From assembly GCA_002189035.1 (NCBI GenBank), contig NEEC01000019.1:1984001-2048000 (forward strand): a DNA stretch of 64,000 nt, read 5' to 3'. Positions 62,630 to 64,000 of the stretch are shown one piece after another. A model generated the notes under the pieces. That model was not told the origin of the DNA and ran no database searches. It was given only the letters and a program-made list of their open reading frames with translations. Every line of letters begins with the position of its first letter. Position 1 is the stretch's first letter. The DNA comes from Utricularia gibba (Eukaryota; Plantae; Magnoliophyta). The position numbers and the translations under genes are program-made.

Positions 62630-64000
62630 AATCCTCCCCCTCCTCCTCCTCGTAGGCAGCACATAAATACAGGCCAGCCCGCACAGCACAGGAAGTCAGG
62701 AAGATGATAGATAGACGATGATGTGTTTCTTGTTTTTGGTTTAATCAACCTCATTAAATAGCCTAGGCAGTGCGATAGAGCTGTAGCTCATATGAATGAA
62801 TGAATGAGCTAGTTGTCCGTCCCTCCATTGGTTGCTTCAGAATCACACTCCATGAGTTGAGTCGACTCTCACATGCCCACTCCCTACCTTTGAAAAGGAA
62901 AAGAAACCGCCCCCACCCCCACCCATGTCGTAGGTGTACCGGTTTGCAACATTTTGACTCCATTAGAAAAAAAAAAAAGGGAAGGGTGATGCGATGATAA
63001 CCCCACCCCCATTCCATTCTATAAATTGTGAGAAGAAAAGTAGGTGGCGTTCCCAATCCCAATCCATTCATCACTCATTAATTCTCATGAGACGCCACGC
63101 CACGCCACGCCAGTCCAAATGTCTATCCCCCAACCAACGCACGCGACTTCATCCATTCCATTCCATTCATTGCAGCGTTTCACAAAGTCCCCGCGTTTCC
63201 TTGTCTCTCGCTATTTGTGTTCTGAATCACTACAACCAACTTCAAGAAACACAAAGTGCTATCCTGGGTGGGAAGGCAAGGCAAGGGACCGACCGCCAGT
63301 CGCCACTACTGTTGTGACAAGAATGCCCTTCACCCACCACCATTTTCCATCTTCACATGATCAACTAACCTTTCTTCTTCTGTTCAACTCAACTCATTTC
63401 TTGTCTCCAAAAGTGTTATCCTTTTTCAAGCCTCTCCTTCCTCCAACTCCAAACTTAAACTTTCTCTTGATGGTTGTGCTTCCGCTGCAGGGAACGGCCA
63501 AATAGATATAGAGAGAGCCTCCCTCATAACTGCCTTGGACAAAAAAAATGTGGAATTTTTTTGTTAATATGCGTAAGTCTAAAAAATTTATCAAAATACC
63601 TGTTATTTTTTTCATCTTTTTTCAACATAAATCCATCGTTATACCTGTAATTTTTATTTAAATTTAATTATTTTAATTAAAATACAAATTTAAAACATCA
63701 ATAATTTACTTTTATATATTAATTCATAAACATTTAACTATTATTCTATTTATGTTTTATATTACAATTTTTTTTTCTATTTTTTAATTATTATTCTTTG
63801 TATCATTAAGAGTAATCCATAAAAATAATTTTTGATTAACAATAACTTTGAAGTAAAATAACTTATCTTAATATATAATAAATACATATTTTAGAAACCG
63901 CTCTCTTTAATACCTGCACTCATAATAACTCGATAGATATCAAACAAGGACTACATGCGGATGCTCCAATTGACATACCTATCTTTTTTCAATGTAGAGA

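Overview
Gene-dense plant (eudicot-type) nuclear DNA with short GT-AG introns. About 18 protein-coding genes were reconstructed by hand: EFL1 (5'-truncated by the window), UBP3/4, CDKC, RABH1, PPR5, two tandem RING-H2 genes, an uncharacterised D-box protein, HCC2, a class A HSF, an ENPP, TerC, a PRR7-like clock gene, an adenylate kinase, a small membrane-anchored coiled-coil protein, an ARF10/16-type factor with a miR160 site, an NPH3/BTB protein and an L-type LecRK. The window also holds a 5.1-kb decayed Mutator (MULE) element with TIRs and an exact 9-bp TSD, a 5'-truncated Ty3/gypsy chromovirus with its LTR, and a CCCH zinc-finger (EMB1789-like) pseudogene that the ORF track does not show as a gene. 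No rRNA, tRNA or CRISPR features were seen. I see no clear-cut new multi-gene system. The best leads are (i) a frameshifted and divergent CCT domain in the PRR7-like gene, (ii) the uncharacterised protein with a canonical D-box and a cell-cycle-like promoter, (iii) the CCCH pseudogene next to an LTR with an odd PBS-like junction, and (iv) the MULE splitting a GC-rich island. Several 1-nt deletions lie in C/G runs and may be assembly errors. Exon boundaries and family assignments come from manual reading and remembered motifs, not from database searches.
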